From Trueperaceae bacterium (GTDB lineage Bacteria > Deinococcota > Deinococci > Deinococcales > Trueperaceae), in assembly GCA_965214405.1 (NCBI GenBank), contig OZ243956.1, positions 3,968,001 to 4,032,000 of the forward strand: 64,000 bases of DNA, in the 5' to 3' direction. The position numbers and the translations under genes are program-made. Below, piece after piece: positions 18,327 to 27,665 of this stretch (positions within the stretch are counted from its first letter, which is position 1; each line of letters opens with the position of its first letter). A model generated the notes under the pieces. It was not told where the DNA came from and did not search any database. It saw only the letters and a list, made by a program, of their open reading frames with translations.

Positions 18327-19787
18327 GTGCGCGGTCGCTTTGCTCCTTATATTGTCGGCGTCGGTCTGGCGGGTCTCTCGCTCGTCATGCTTCTCTTTCT
18401 CGTCTACGCGCTGGCGCTCCGCGAGCCGTGGGCGGGCTTCGGCGTGACCGCGCTCGCGGCGGCGGTGGTGGGCGGTACCCTGATGCGCCTCGGCAAGGGC
18501 GACGCGGACCCTACCCGCCGGGAGGCGCTCGTCGGCGTGCTCTTGCTGTGGCTCTTTATCCCGCTTTTTGGCGGCTTGCCCTTTGTGGTGTCGGGCGGCT
18601 TCACGCCGCTTAACGCAGCGTTCGAGTCGATGAGCGGCTTTACCACCACGGGCGCGACGGTGCTGGGCGACTTCTCGAGCTTTTCCAAAAGCCTCTTCAT
18701 GTGGCGCGCGCTCACGCAGTGGTTTGGCGGCGTCGGCATCATCGTCTTGTTTATCGCCGTGTTCCCGAGCCTCGCCATCGCCGGGCGGCAGCTCTTTTTT
18801 GCCGAGGCGCCCGGCCCCACCGAGGACAAACTCACCCCGCGGCTGCGCAATACGTCCAACGCGGTGCTGCTCGTCTACGTGGGGCTAACTATCCTCTGCG
18901 CGCTCGCTTACGCCTTAGCGGGGATGTCTTTATACGACGCGGTCGCGCACGCCTTCACCACGCTCGCGGCGGGCGGTTTTTCTCCCAACGGGCTCTCGTT
19001 CGAGGGCTTTGGCAGCCCCGCGCTGGACTGGGTCGCGGTTGTGTTTATGCTCTTCGCGGGGGCCAACTTCGCTTTGCAGTACCGCGCCGTGACCGGCAGA
19101 CCCGGCGCGCTCTTTCGTGACGCCGAATTCCGCGCCTACATCATGATTAGCCTCGTCGCCACCGTTTTGCTCACCCTCGCGCTGGGCGGGGTTTACGCCT
19201 CCCCCGTCGAGGCGACGCGCCACGGGGCCTTTCAGGTGCTCTCGATTCTCACCACAACAGGTTACGCCTCCGCGGACTTCGCGCTGTGGCCCGAGCGGGC
19301 GCAGATGGTGCTGTTGCTGCTGATGTTTATCGGCGGTTCCGCAGGGAGCGCGGCGGGGGGCGTCAAGGTGGTGCGCTGGCTCATGATTGGCAAAAACACC
19401 GCCAGGGAGGTGCGCCGCGCGCTCCACCCCAGGGCGGTCTTGCCCGTGCGCGTCGGCTCCCGCGTCGTGCCCGAGGAGGTGCTGCGCGCCGTGGCCGCCT
19501 TTATCACCCTCTATATCGGCCTGTTCGCCCTGTCCACCGCCGTGCTCGTGGGCCTGGGCGCGGACTTTGTCGCCGCCTTTACCGCCTCGATTGCCTGCAT
19601 CGGCAACATCGGGCCGGGTTTGGCCTCGGTGGGGCCAATGCTCAACTTCGCCGACCTGCACCCCCTAAGCCGCGCGCTGCTGACCTTTGACATGTACGCA
19701 GGGCGTTTGGAGGTCGTCACCGTCTTCATCATCTTCAACGCCGACTTCTGGCGTTTGCCGCGCGCGAAGTCGTTACGGAACGTTTAA
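18327..19787 (+). CDS. trkH: Trk potassium uptake membrane subunit
   Basis: FESMSGFTTTGAT, TTTGY, GGSAGSAAGGVK, GNIGPG, GRLE. Confidence 0.94.
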   Translation: MRGRFAPYIVGVGLAGLSLVMLLFLVYALALREPWAGFGVTALAAAVVGGTLMRLGKGDADPTRREALVGVLLLWLFIPLFGGLPFVVSGGFTPLNAAFESMSGFTTTGATVLGDFSSFSKSLFMWRALTQWFGGVGIIVLFIAVFPSLAIAGRQLFFAEAPGPTEDKLTPRLRNTSNAVLLVYVGLTILCALAYALAGMSLYDAVAHAFTTLAAGGFSPNGLSFEGFGSPALDWVAVVFMLFAGANFALQYRAVTGRPGALFRDAEFRAYIMISLVATVLLTLALGGVYASPVEATRHGAFQVLSILTTTGYASADFALWPERAQMVLLLLMFIGGSAGSAAGGVKVVRWLMIGKNTAREVRRALHPRAVLPVRVGSRVVPEEVLRAVAAFITLYIGLFALSTAVLVGLGADFVAAFTASIACIGNIGPGLASVGPMLNFADLHPLSRALLTFDMYAGRLEVVTVFIIFNADFWRLPRAKSLRNV

Positions 19788-19986
19788 CGCGTCTTAGCTT
19801 GTCGGTTGAAGTTTTGAACGTCACGCTTGCATATGGGTGCGGCTCGAGCCACGCAGAAAATCCGTCCCGTCCTTGAAACTCCACCAAGTGTTTAGTAACC
19901 GTGCCCTAACTCGCAACTTCTACGTAAAACACACATCCGAAAAACGTTTGGGAGTATACAAGGAAGGGCGGCATTCGGAGGTTTTC

Positions 19987-20961
19987 TTGATTCCCAAACG
20001 TAACAGCACGCTGCTCGAGCGCCACCCCGACAATCCCATTCTGAGCGCCGAGGCGTGGCCCTACCCGGTCAACAGCATCCTCAACGCGGGCGCGACGAAG
20101 CTTCAGGACGGCACCACGCTGCTCTTGTGCCGCGTGGAGGATTTACGCGGCTTGTCCCACCTCTGCGCCGCGCGCTCCCAAAACGGCGTCGATGACTGGC
20201 AGATTGACTCCCAGCCGACGCTGCTACCCGACCCCGACCGTCAAGAGGAGGAGTGGGGCCTCGAGGACCCGCGCATCACCTACTTGCCTGAGGAGGGGCG
20301 TTACGCCGTGCTCTACACCGCCTACTCCCGCAACGGCCCCGCCGTAGCGCTCGCGCTGACCGATGATTTTAAGCGTTTCGAGCGCTACGGCGTCATCTTT
20401 TCTCCCGAAGACAAAGACGCCGCGCTCTTGCCGCGCCGCTTTGAGGAGGGGTGGGCGGCGATTCACCGGCCCGTCACCGAGCGCAGCGCGAACATCTACA
20501 TGAGTTTTTCGGAGAACCTGCGCGGTTGGGGTCAGAGCCGCTGTATTTTAGAAGCGCGCCGCGGCCCCTGGTGGGACGCCAACCGCATCGGGCTCTCGCC
20601 GCCCCCCATCGAAACGTCCGAGGGCTGGCTCATGATCTACCACGGCGTCAAAGTGACGGGCTCAGGAAGAATCTACCGCAACGGGCTGGCGCTCTTTGAT
20701 TTGGAGCATCCCGACCGCTGCACGTTACGCTCCGATGCCTGGTTTTTTGGGCCGCTCGAGCCTTACGAACGCTTAGGCGACGTGGACAACGTCGTATTCC
20801 CCTGCGGCACTACCCTAGGCAACGACGGCGATACGCTGCGCATCTACTACGGCGCGGCGGACACTTGCGTCGGGCTGGCAACGGGAAGCGTCAAAGCCCT
20901 GCTGGCGTGGCTCCACGAAAACGGTCGCCCGCCCGCCGCCATCCCTGCGGGGGATGATTGA
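19987..20961 (+). CDS. GH130-family glycosidase/mannoside phosphorylase
   Basis: NPIL, NAGA, EDPRIT, KDAALLP, IHRP, IYHG, NVVFPCG, YYGAAD; TTG start after GGAGG. Confidence 0.85.
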   Translation: MIPKRNSTLLERHPDNPILSAEAWPYPVNSILNAGATKLQDGTTLLLCRVEDLRGLSHLCAARSQNGVDDWQIDSQPTLLPDPDRQEEEWGLEDPRITYLPEEGRYAVLYTAYSRNGPAVALALTDDFKRFERYGVIFSPEDKDAALLPRRFEEGWAAIHRPVTERSANIYMSFSENLRGWGQSRCILEARRGPWWDANRIGLSPPPIETSEGWLMIYHGVKVTGSGRIYRNGLALFDLEHPDRCTLRSDAWFFGPLEPYERLGDVDNVVFPCGTTLGNDGDTLRIYYGAADTCVGLATGSVKALLAWLHENGRPPAAIPAGDD

Positions 20962-21050
20962 GGGAGACGTAACGCAAGACTGCGGCGTCAAAAGCGAAGG
21001 CTAAAGGTTGCTCAGTGGCGGCTCATCGTCGGACTGGCGCTCGAGACGTC

Positions 21051-21079
21051 AAAGGCCGGAGTAAAAGCTCCGGCCTTTT
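21051..21079. terminator. Terminator hairpin
   Basis: AAAGGCCGGAG-TAAAAG-CTCCGGCCTTTT. Confidence 0.75.
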
Positions 21080-21145
21080 CACATAAGTTTTTACACAGCT
21101 TCACGTGCGTGTTAGTGACGTCTCTAGAATCGACTATCGGTGCGC

Positions 21146-21817
21146 CTAGAGCCCCTTGAGCCTTTCATAAGCCGCCTCGGCGCGCTGACGCACCACGCCT
21201 GAGTTGGAGCGCCCGCCCATCATCATGTGCATCTCCATGTGCTTGTCTACGTCGCCGAAAATGCTGTTTAACACCTCGACCTCTTCGCGTGACCGTAGCG
21301 AGGCGTCGTCGCGGAACATGGTGGTGTAGGCGTACTCGAACTGGCGGTCGCTGATGGCCCCCGAGAGGTACTGCTCGAGCACGTTTTTGTAGGGCGTGAG
21401 GTCGCTCTTGGCGCTCCCGGCACCGTTTGCGCTCGAGCCCGCCCCATCACCCGTACTCGCGCCGTTACCTGGGGTGGGCGGAACCATTGCGAAACCCTGC
21501 TCGAGCGTCTCCGGAGTAATATCCCAGTTGTCCGCGTCAAAGACCGCCTCGCCGTCTCTAAACAAAATTACCTGGGGCGACTGGTGCGTGATGCCCGTTT
21601 TCTGGGCCAAAAGGTTGCTCGCGGGCCGCGCTTCGACCACCCGGACAAGTCCCACCATCAGGTCCTCGCGGTTTTGCAGCTCTTCTTGCAAAAAGCCAAA
21701 GCCCTGCATCGTTTTGTGGCAGGTGCCCGCCTTGAAAATCACGCTGGTCGGGTACTCCTTGAGAAAACCCTCGACAGCGTCCTCGCTCGTTAGGTTAAAA
21801 ACTCGGTCTCTAAACAT
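21146..21817 (-). CDS. YtxJ-like monothiol thioredoxin-fold protein with C-terminal extension
   Basis: IFKAGTCH, RPASN, GITHQSPQVILF. Confidence 0.75.
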   Translation of the reverse strand: MFRDRVFNLTSEDAVEGFLKEYPTSVIFKAGTCHKTMQGFGFLQEELQNREDLMVGLVRVVEARPASNLLAQKTGITHQSPQVILFRDGEAVFDADNWDITPETLEQGFAMVPPTPGNGASTGDGAGSSANGAGSAKSDLTPYKNVLEQYLSGAISDRQFEYAYTTMFRDDASLRSREEVEVLNSIFGDVDKHMEMHMMMGGRSNSGVVRQRAEAAYERLKGL

Positions 21818-21909
21818 ATGTTCCTCCTCTTACCCTTTTCATTCTAAGAATCCCCCCGGCCTTTGCATGTTGTGTGCGCGCCCCCCTGCCAAACGCGCTT
21901 GTGCTGACT

Positions 21910-22479
21910 TCATGTCTGGCGCGGCCACTGGTTCGCCCGCTCCTTCTCCTGAGCGAGCTTAGCGGTCTCTTCGATACGTTTCTTTCTCGTCGCGTCACGC
22001 TTGGCGTTAAAAATCCACTCGAGGATGCCCCGCTGCGCCGAGGGCGGAAAGGCCCTAAAGTTCGCCTTGGCAGCGTCAAACTTAGCGAACGCCACCTCTA
22101 AGTCTTCGGGTATCACCAACGCCTCGACGTCATCCAGCGCGTCCCAGCTCCCGTTCTCCTTGGCGGTTTCGACCACTCTCTTGCCCGCCTCTGTGAGCAG
22201 GCCCGCGACCTCGAGCTTTTCAATGCGCCTTTTGTTGAGGGCGGACCAGTTGCTGTTGGGGCGACGCGGCGCGAGGTAGAGTTTGGTCTTTTCGTCGTCC
22301 ACCTTGCCCGGCTTCGAGTCTACCCAGCCAAAGCAGAGGGCTTCCTCGGCAATGTCATCGTAGGACAGCGTGCGTTTTTCGCCCTTGTAGAAGACCACCC
22401 AGACGCCCTCGTCCTCTTGATGATGCGCAGCCAGCCAGCGGCGCAGCGCGGCCCGGTCTTCTGCAAACATGTCTCGCAT
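21910..22479 (-). CDS. YdeI/OmpD-associated family protein
   Basis: EALCFGWVD, PRRPNSNWS..NK, IPEDL, AKRDATRKKRI. Confidence 0.88.
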   Translation of the reverse strand: MRDMFAEDRAALRRWLAAHHQEDEGVWVVFYKGEKRTLSYDDIAEEALCFGWVDSKPGKVDDEKTKLYLAPRRPNSNWSALNKRRIEKLEVAGLLTEAGKRVVETAKENGSWDALDDVEALVIPEDLEVAFAKFDAAKANFRAFPPSAQRGILEWIFNAKRDATRKKRIEETAKLAQEKERANQWPRQT

Positions 22480-22662
22480 GGCCTTAGGGTACTATGTATG
22501 GGCTGTGGGCGTAAGTAAACATGTGTGGATTGCGCGTCCGGAAAGGCTTCTACCGCGTCTACACGGCATTTTTCTGTGCAGACGTTGAGCTTTATACTTC
22601 ACAGGGGAGTTGGGCTCGAGCCCTTTCAAGAGGCCAAAAAAGCCGTTAAGCAGTCTAAAGAC

Positions 22663-22692
22663 TTGACAGCCTCCGCAAGGCTTCCATATACT
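22663..22692 (+). promoter_or_regulatory. Promoter of the tRNA operon
   Basis: TTGACA-18 nt-TATACT. Confidence 0.75.
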
Positions 22693-22738
22693 GCTAAAGC
22701 TGTACGGGAGCGCTCAAACTTTTGGCGCTCGACTCAGC

Positions 22739-22814
<76 letters not shown>

Positions 22815-22815
22815 A

Positions 22816-22890
22816 GGCCCCTTCGACTAGCGGTTAGGTCACAACCCTTTCAAGGTTGCGGCACGAGTTCGAATCTCGTAGGGGTCACCA
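22816..22890 (+). tRNA. tRNA-Glu(TTC)
   Basis: Anticodon arm CAACC-CTTTCAA-GGTTG, GTTCGAA, CCA. Confidence 0.96.
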
Positions 22891-22934
22891 TCAGAGGTAT
22901 CATCTGTGACTTATAGATGATACCTCATAAACTT

Positions 22935-23009
22935 GGGCGATTAGCTCAGCGGAAGAGCGTCCGCTTTACACGCGGAGGGTCGGCGGTTCGAATCCGTCAT
23001 CGCCCACCA
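22935..23009 (+). tRNA. tRNA-Val(TAC)
   Basis: Anticodon arm TCCGC-TTTACAC-GCGGA, GTTCGAA, CCA. Confidence 0.96.
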
Positions 23010-23017
23010 TAAGACGT

Positions 23018-23051
23018 AAGGGAAGTCGCGCTCGGGTGGCTTCCTTTTTTT
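23018..23051 (+). terminator. Terminator of the tRNA operon
   Basis: GGAAGTCGC-loop-GTGGCTTCC followed by a T run. Confidence 0.8.
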
Positions 23052-23105
23052 ACGACGCAAAGCGAACCGCTCATATTTTCGTCTGTAATACCATTCGTTG
23101 GGGCC

Positions 23106-23891
23106 ATGATAAATTCTTCTATACCCAAAGCCCATATCCAGAGCGAACTCGAGCGCCTCGAGCATTCAGAGGGAGTACGCATCCTCTACGCCGTCGAGTC
23201 CGGCTCCCGCGCCTGGGGCTTCCCCTCACGCGACAGCGACTACGACGTGCGCTTCATCTACCTGCGCCCGCTCGACTGGTACTTGTCGGTTGACACCCGG
23301 CGCGACGTCATCGAACACACGCTCGAGCCCTTAGACCTGAGCGGCTGGGACTTGCCCAAGACGCTCGCCTTGTTCCGCAAGTCCAACCCGCCCCTGCTGG
23401 AGTGGCTACACTCGCCCATCGTTTACAAAGAAGACGCGCGCTTTACGGAGAGGCTAAGGGCACTCCTCCCCGACTACTACTCCCCCCGCACCTGCATGTA
23501 CCACTACCTGCACATGGCGGGCGGGAACATGCGGGAGTATCTCAAGGGTGAGCGCGTCTGGACCAAGAAATACTTCTACGTGCTTAGGCCGCTTCTCGCT
23601 TGCAAGTGGATCGAAGCGGGGCGGGGCGTGGTGCCGATGGCCTTTCCTGTGCTCGTCGAGGCGATGGTGGAGGACCCTGCGCTAAGAGCGGCCATTACAG
23701 ATTTGCTCGAGCGTAAGCGTGAGGGTGAGGAGCTAGACGAGGGGCCGCGGGTCGGGGTCATCAGCGACTTTATCGAAAGGGAGTACGAGAGGCTGGACGC
23801 TAAGCTGGCGGACGCGCCGCGGGGGGACTTGTCGTTTGAGCCGCTGAACGAACTCTTCAGAAATATTTTGCGCGAGGTCTGGAAGGGCTAA
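23106..23891 (+). CDS. Pol-beta-like nucleotidyltransferase (YcgL/RlaP-like)
   Basis: ESGSRAWGFPSRDSDYDVRF, KSNP, KKYFYVLRP. Confidence 0.88.
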   Translation: MINSSIPKAHIQSELERLEHSEGVRILYAVESGSRAWGFPSRDSDYDVRFIYLRPLDWYLSVDTRRDVIEHTLEPLDLSGWDLPKTLALFRKSNPPLLEWLHSPIVYKEDARFTERLRALLPDYYSPRTCMYHYLHMAGGNMREYLKGERVWTKKYFYVLRPLLACKWIEAGRGVVPMAFPVLVEAMVEDPALRAAITDLLERKREGEELDEGPRVGVISDFIEREYERLDAKLADAPRGDLSFEPLNELFRNILREVWKG

Positions 23892-23946
23892 AGGTAATCA
23901 ATTAGCAAATGCTCGAGCCCTCTCACCACCCAACCCCACACGTGAA

Positions 23947-24906
23947 TTAGCGGGTGTTCTGCCCCACCACCTCGAGCGCCCGCTCCGCCACCCTTCGGAA
24001 CGCCTGGACGAGTTCGGGGGGCTCATGTACCTTGAGTGAGCAGCCCACATGCAGGAGTAAGACCGCAAACTCTTCTAAGTCCGTCACGCCGCAGCGCAGC
24101 AGGGTTCCTTGTCCGTCGGGCTCGAGGACGGCCTTGCCCCGCGGGACGCGCTTCTCCAACACTCCCGGCGGCAGCGCCAACCACACCGCCACGCGCCACG
24201 GCTGGGGCGCAAACGCGATGCTGCTATACACAAAGGCGCGAAGGTCGAAGTCCGGAGGCCGCTCGAACGTTTCAGAAAGGCGGTCAACCGCCTTGATACG
24301 GTCTACCCGGAAGAGTCGCTGGCTCTCGCACAGCAAACAGCCGCCCGCCAAGAACCACCGCCCCTCGTGCTGCATGAGGCCGAACGGCTCGACCTCGCGC
24401 GTGCTCAGCGCGCCGCCGCGCGCCTCGTAACGGAGCGCGACGCGGCGGCGCTCATAAACGGCGGTCGCAAGCTCCGTGAGGACGCCCGCGTCCGCGTCTA
24501 CAATCCAGCGGGGCCGCTCGAGCTCTAAAGCCGCGCGTAGCGCCCTGGTCCGCTCGCTCACCGCGACGGGCAAGACGCGCCCCAGCTTGGCCTTTGCCCC
24601 GGCGGTGGCGGGCGCAATCTCGCCCAGGCCGAGGTAGGTCAGCGCGTCTAAGCCGAGCACGAGCGCGAAGGCTTCCTCGGTGCCAAACATCATCGGTGGG
24701 AGCCGGAAACCCGGCCTGAGACGGTAGAATCCCCCCGGACCCCGCACCGAAGTCACGGGCACGCCGAGGTCCTGGAGCCGCGCGACGTAGCGCTGCACGG
24801 TGCGGACGCTCACTTCCAGGCGCGCCGCCAAATCAGCGCCCGACATGCGCTCTCGAGCCTGCAAAAGTTCCAACACGGTGAGTACGCGCATCGAGGGGTC
24901 GTACAT
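23947..24906 (-). CDS. WYL-domain transcriptional regulator (YafY-like)
   Basis: HTH LEVSVRTVQRY, WFL in the WYL position, FRVDRI; ATG 24906. Confidence 0.9.
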   Translation of the reverse strand: MYDPSMRVLTVLELLQARERMSGADLAARLEVSVRTVQRYVARLQDLGVPVTSVRGPGGFYRLRPGFRLPPMMFGTEEAFALVLGLDALTYLGLGEIAPATAGAKAKLGRVLPVAVSERTRALRAALELERPRWIVDADAGVLTELATAVYERRRVALRYEARGGALSTREVEPFGLMQHEGRWFLAGGCLLCESQRLFRVDRIKAVDRLSETFERPPDFDLRAFVYSSIAFAPQPWRVAVWLALPPGVLEKRVPRGKAVLEPDGQGTLLRCGVTDLEEFAVLLLHVGCSLKVHEPPELVQAFRRVAERALEVVGQNTR

Positions 24907-25003
24907 ACCCACAAGCATGTCACAAAAAACCGTCAAGCCCTGACGGGAATAGACTTTACACTTTAAGGGAGTCACAAGCACAGGAAATTCCAGGAGGGTG
25001 TGA

Positions 25004-25513
25004 ATGAATACAGCGACAAACAAAACGAACGGCGCAGCGAACATCTTTTTAACTCCGGAGGCGCTGCTCGAGCACTGGCAGGGCCACCGCCGCCTGACGC
25101 GCCGCACCATCGAAGCGTTTCCCGAAGACGGGCTCTTCAGCTTTTCCGCCGACGCGATGCGCCCTTTTGGGGCGATGGTCTTGGAGGTCGTCTGGATGGT
25201 GGAGCCGACGCTGCAAGGCCTGCTGAGTGGAGGCTGGGAGATGCCGGACTGGTCGGAGAGACAAAAGCAAGCCCCGCCCAGCAAAAACGAACTACTCGAG
25301 CTGTGGGATGAGACGGATAACTATGTGCTCGAGACGTGGCCGCGCATCCCCGAAGCGCGTCTTCACGCGGTCGAGGCGGCCTTTGGGCTGCCGCCGCAAC
25401 CGAACTACAACCTGGTGCTCTACCTTATCGACAACGAGGTGCATCACCGGGCACAGGGATTTGTCTACCTGAGGCTTTTGGGCCTCGAGCCGCCCGCGTT
25501 TTGGGAGCGGTGA
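25004..25513 (+). CDS. DinB-family protein
   Basis: HRRLTRR, MRPFG, DNEVHHRAQGFVYLRLLG.EPP; GGAGG RBS. Confidence 0.88.
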   Translation: MNTATNKTNGAANIFLTPEALLEHWQGHRRLTRRTIEAFPEDGLFSFSADAMRPFGAMVLEVVWMVEPTLQGLLSGGWEMPDWSERQKQAPPSKNELLELWDETDNYVLETWPRIPEARLHAVEAAFGLPPQPNYNLVLYLIDNEVHHRAQGFVYLRLLGLEPPAFWER

Positions 25514-25637
25514 TGGTCTGGTTGGTGTTCTTTGATAAAGCAGTCGACGGCTTTATAGTCCGCACTCGAGCCTTCTCCTAATTAAATAGTTGACACGACC
25601 TAGTTAACTCGTATATGCTTCTACTCAGGAGGCATCT

Positions 25638-26024
25638 ATGGGAAGACCCTCGCATCCAGGACCCACCGAACGTGAACTCTTGCTCCTCAAACTCTTGTGG
25701 GAGCACGGCCCGGCCACCGTCCGCGAGCTTAGAAAGCGTTTTCCTCACCTGCCCAAGCCCGCCTACACCTCGTTGCAGACCAACTTGCAAGGGATGTTTG
25801 ACAAGGGCTACCTCTCGAGGGTCAGCGAGGGCAAGGCGCACCTCTACAAGGCCGAAAGGAGCCGCGAGGAGGTCGAGCGCGAGGTCATCGACGACGTGCT
25901 GGGGCGCGTGTTCGACGGCTCAGCCCTGCGCCTCGTCTCGACCGCGCTGACGAGCGAGGGCGTCACGCCCGAAGAGCTTGAGAAGCTTCAGACGCTTATT
26001 GACTCGAGGGAGCCGCGTGAATAA
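25638..26024 (+). CDS. BlaI/MecI/CopY-family repressor
   Basis: PTERE...LW..GPATVRE, AYTS, KG.L.R, FDGS; upstream TTGACA-18-TATGCT promoter. Confidence 0.9.
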   Translation: MGRPSHPGPTERELLLLKLLWEHGPATVRELRKRFPHLPKPAYTSLQTNLQGMFDKGYLSRVSEGKAHLYKAERSREEVEREVIDDVLGRVFDGSALRLVSTALTSEGVTPEELEKLQTLIDSREPRE

Positions 26025-27609
26025 CTTCTTGCTCACCTATTGGCTCCACAGCGCCGTCATCCTCTCCGTCACGCTGCTGCTTGTGAGGCTGCCGGGGCTG
26101 CGCCGCGCGGGATCGCGCGACGGGCTGCTGCGCGGGGCGCTTCTCATGAGCCTCCTCACGCCTCTTCTCACGCCCTTAGTCACAAGGGTGATGCCGGTAT
26201 CGTTACCCATCGTGGTAAGTCCAGCTCTCCTGACCCCGGCCCGACCGGCAGCCACGGCACTTGTTGAGGGGGGCTCGAGCCGCGCACAAGACGCGGTAGC
26301 CCAAGAGAAGCCAGTTAGTCAAACTCTACCCGAATCCACACCGTTCTCTTTGCCGACGTCTCTACCGCCCCTTTTTCCAACGCTCTTGCTTCTTGGCGTC
26401 CTGACCGCCGCCGCTCGTCTAGGCCGAGCCTGGTGGGTGTTGCGGCGGCTATTGAAAAGGGGTAGACCCGCGCCCGGTTTTGCTGCTGCGTACAGGGCGT
26501 ACGGCTCGAGCCTCCCTCACCCGTTCGGCCCCCTCAACGTCGTCCTGACCGATGTGGCTGTACCCGTCGCCTGCGGGCGGCGCACCGTCCTCGTGCCACA
26601 CACGCTCTCGGCGCGGTTGACGCCCGCTCAGGTGCGCGCGGTTCTGGCGCACGAAACCGCGCACCTGCGGCGCGCCGACCCCCTGTGGACGGCGGCGCTG
26701 TCGGGGTTCTGCCAGGTGCTCTTTTTCCAGCCGCTCAACTTCTTGGTGTTGCGCCAGTGGCGGCGCGCCTGCGAAGAGGTGTGCGACGCCGAAGCGGTGC
26801 GGGCGACCCTCGAGCCCCTCAGTCTGGCGCGGAGTCTGCTCGAGCTTTCCCGCAGCCTTTCCCATCACACCCACGCGCCCCTCGAGCCCGTGACGAGTAG
26901 CGCGGCGGGCAGTCACCTAAGTACGCGCGTTAATGCTTTGCTTCATCCAAAGGAGACCCACATGAAACGCTCGCACCTGTTCGCCGTCGCTATGGCGCTC
27001 TTTTGCGCGACCGCCTTTTTGCCTACGCTGACTTTGGCGCAAGACACGCCGCGCTTTTTTCAAAAGGTTGCGGCTGATGCCAGCACATCTAAGTCGTTAG
27101 AGGAAATCAGAGGAAGCTTTATCTTTATAGAAGGCGGCCTTACAGCCGAGAGCATTACCTTAGATGGACTTCCCGCGACCGAACTCGTTCAGAAAGTTCC
27201 CTATGAGGTTCTGACGCCAAGTGATTGGCCCGGAGCGTATGTTCAACCGACTACCTTTGGGTATCTTCAGCCCCAAAATATGGTTATCGCTATTTACGAC
27301 GTGACTCAGCCCGAGGGCGAGAGCATCGAGTTCTGGTTTTCTCAACAGCCTGAGGAGACTGCGGGATTACCAAATATCGTAGGCGCGTCCGCGCAAATCG
27401 AAACCGTTAGCGTCGGTGAAACGACAGGTGAATGGGTTGAGGGAGGCTGGAGCGGGCCGGACTCGAGCCTCACCTGGGACAATGTTGGGGACTCAACTCT
27501 GATTTGGCAGCAAAACGGCTTCGTGTTTATGGTGCAGGCTTTCGACACGGTTGAGCTTGATACCTTGCTAAAAATTGCGAATAGTTTGAAGCCGCTCGAG
27601 CCCCGCTAG
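26017..27609 (+). CDS. BlaR1/M56-family metallopeptidase sensor with C-terminal extracytoplasmic domain
   Basis: TM helices, AVLAHETAHLRR.D, FFQPL, EEVCD; GTG start overlapping blaI. Confidence 0.88.
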   Translation: MNNFLLTYWLHSAVILSVTLLLVRLPGLRRAGSRDGLLRGALLMSLLTPLLTPLVTRVMPVSLPIVVSPALLTPARPAATALVEGGSSRAQDAVAQEKPVSQTLPESTPFSLPTSLPPLFPTLLLLGVLTAAARLGRAWWVLRRLLKRGRPAPGFAAAYRAYGSSLPHPFGPLNVVLTDVAVPVACGRRTVLVPHTLSARLTPAQVRAVLAHETAHLRRADPLWTAALSGFCQVLFFQPLNFLVLRQWRRACEEVCDAEAVRATLEPLSLARSLLELSRSLSHHTHAPLEPVTSSAAGSHLSTRVNALLHPKETHMKRSHLFAVAMALFCATAFLPTLTLAQDTPRFFQKVAADASTSKSLEEIRGSFIFIEGGLTAESITLDGLPATELVQKVPYEVLTPSDWPGAYVQPTTFGYLQPQNMVIAIYDVTQPEGESIEFWFSQQPEETAGLPNIVGASAQIETVSVGETTGEWVEGGWSGPDSSLTWDNVGDSTLIWQQNGFVFMVQAFDTVELDTLLKIANSLKPLEPR

Positions 27610-27665
27610 CCCCTCCCCTTAACAGAAGCGTTTTTCACATCAGACCTAACCCTCCGGAACTCCCG

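Noticed and set aside
22894..22926. Hairpin between tRNA-Glu and tRNA-Val as a separate ncRNA
   Set aside because: Spacer hairpins are ordinary in tRNA operons
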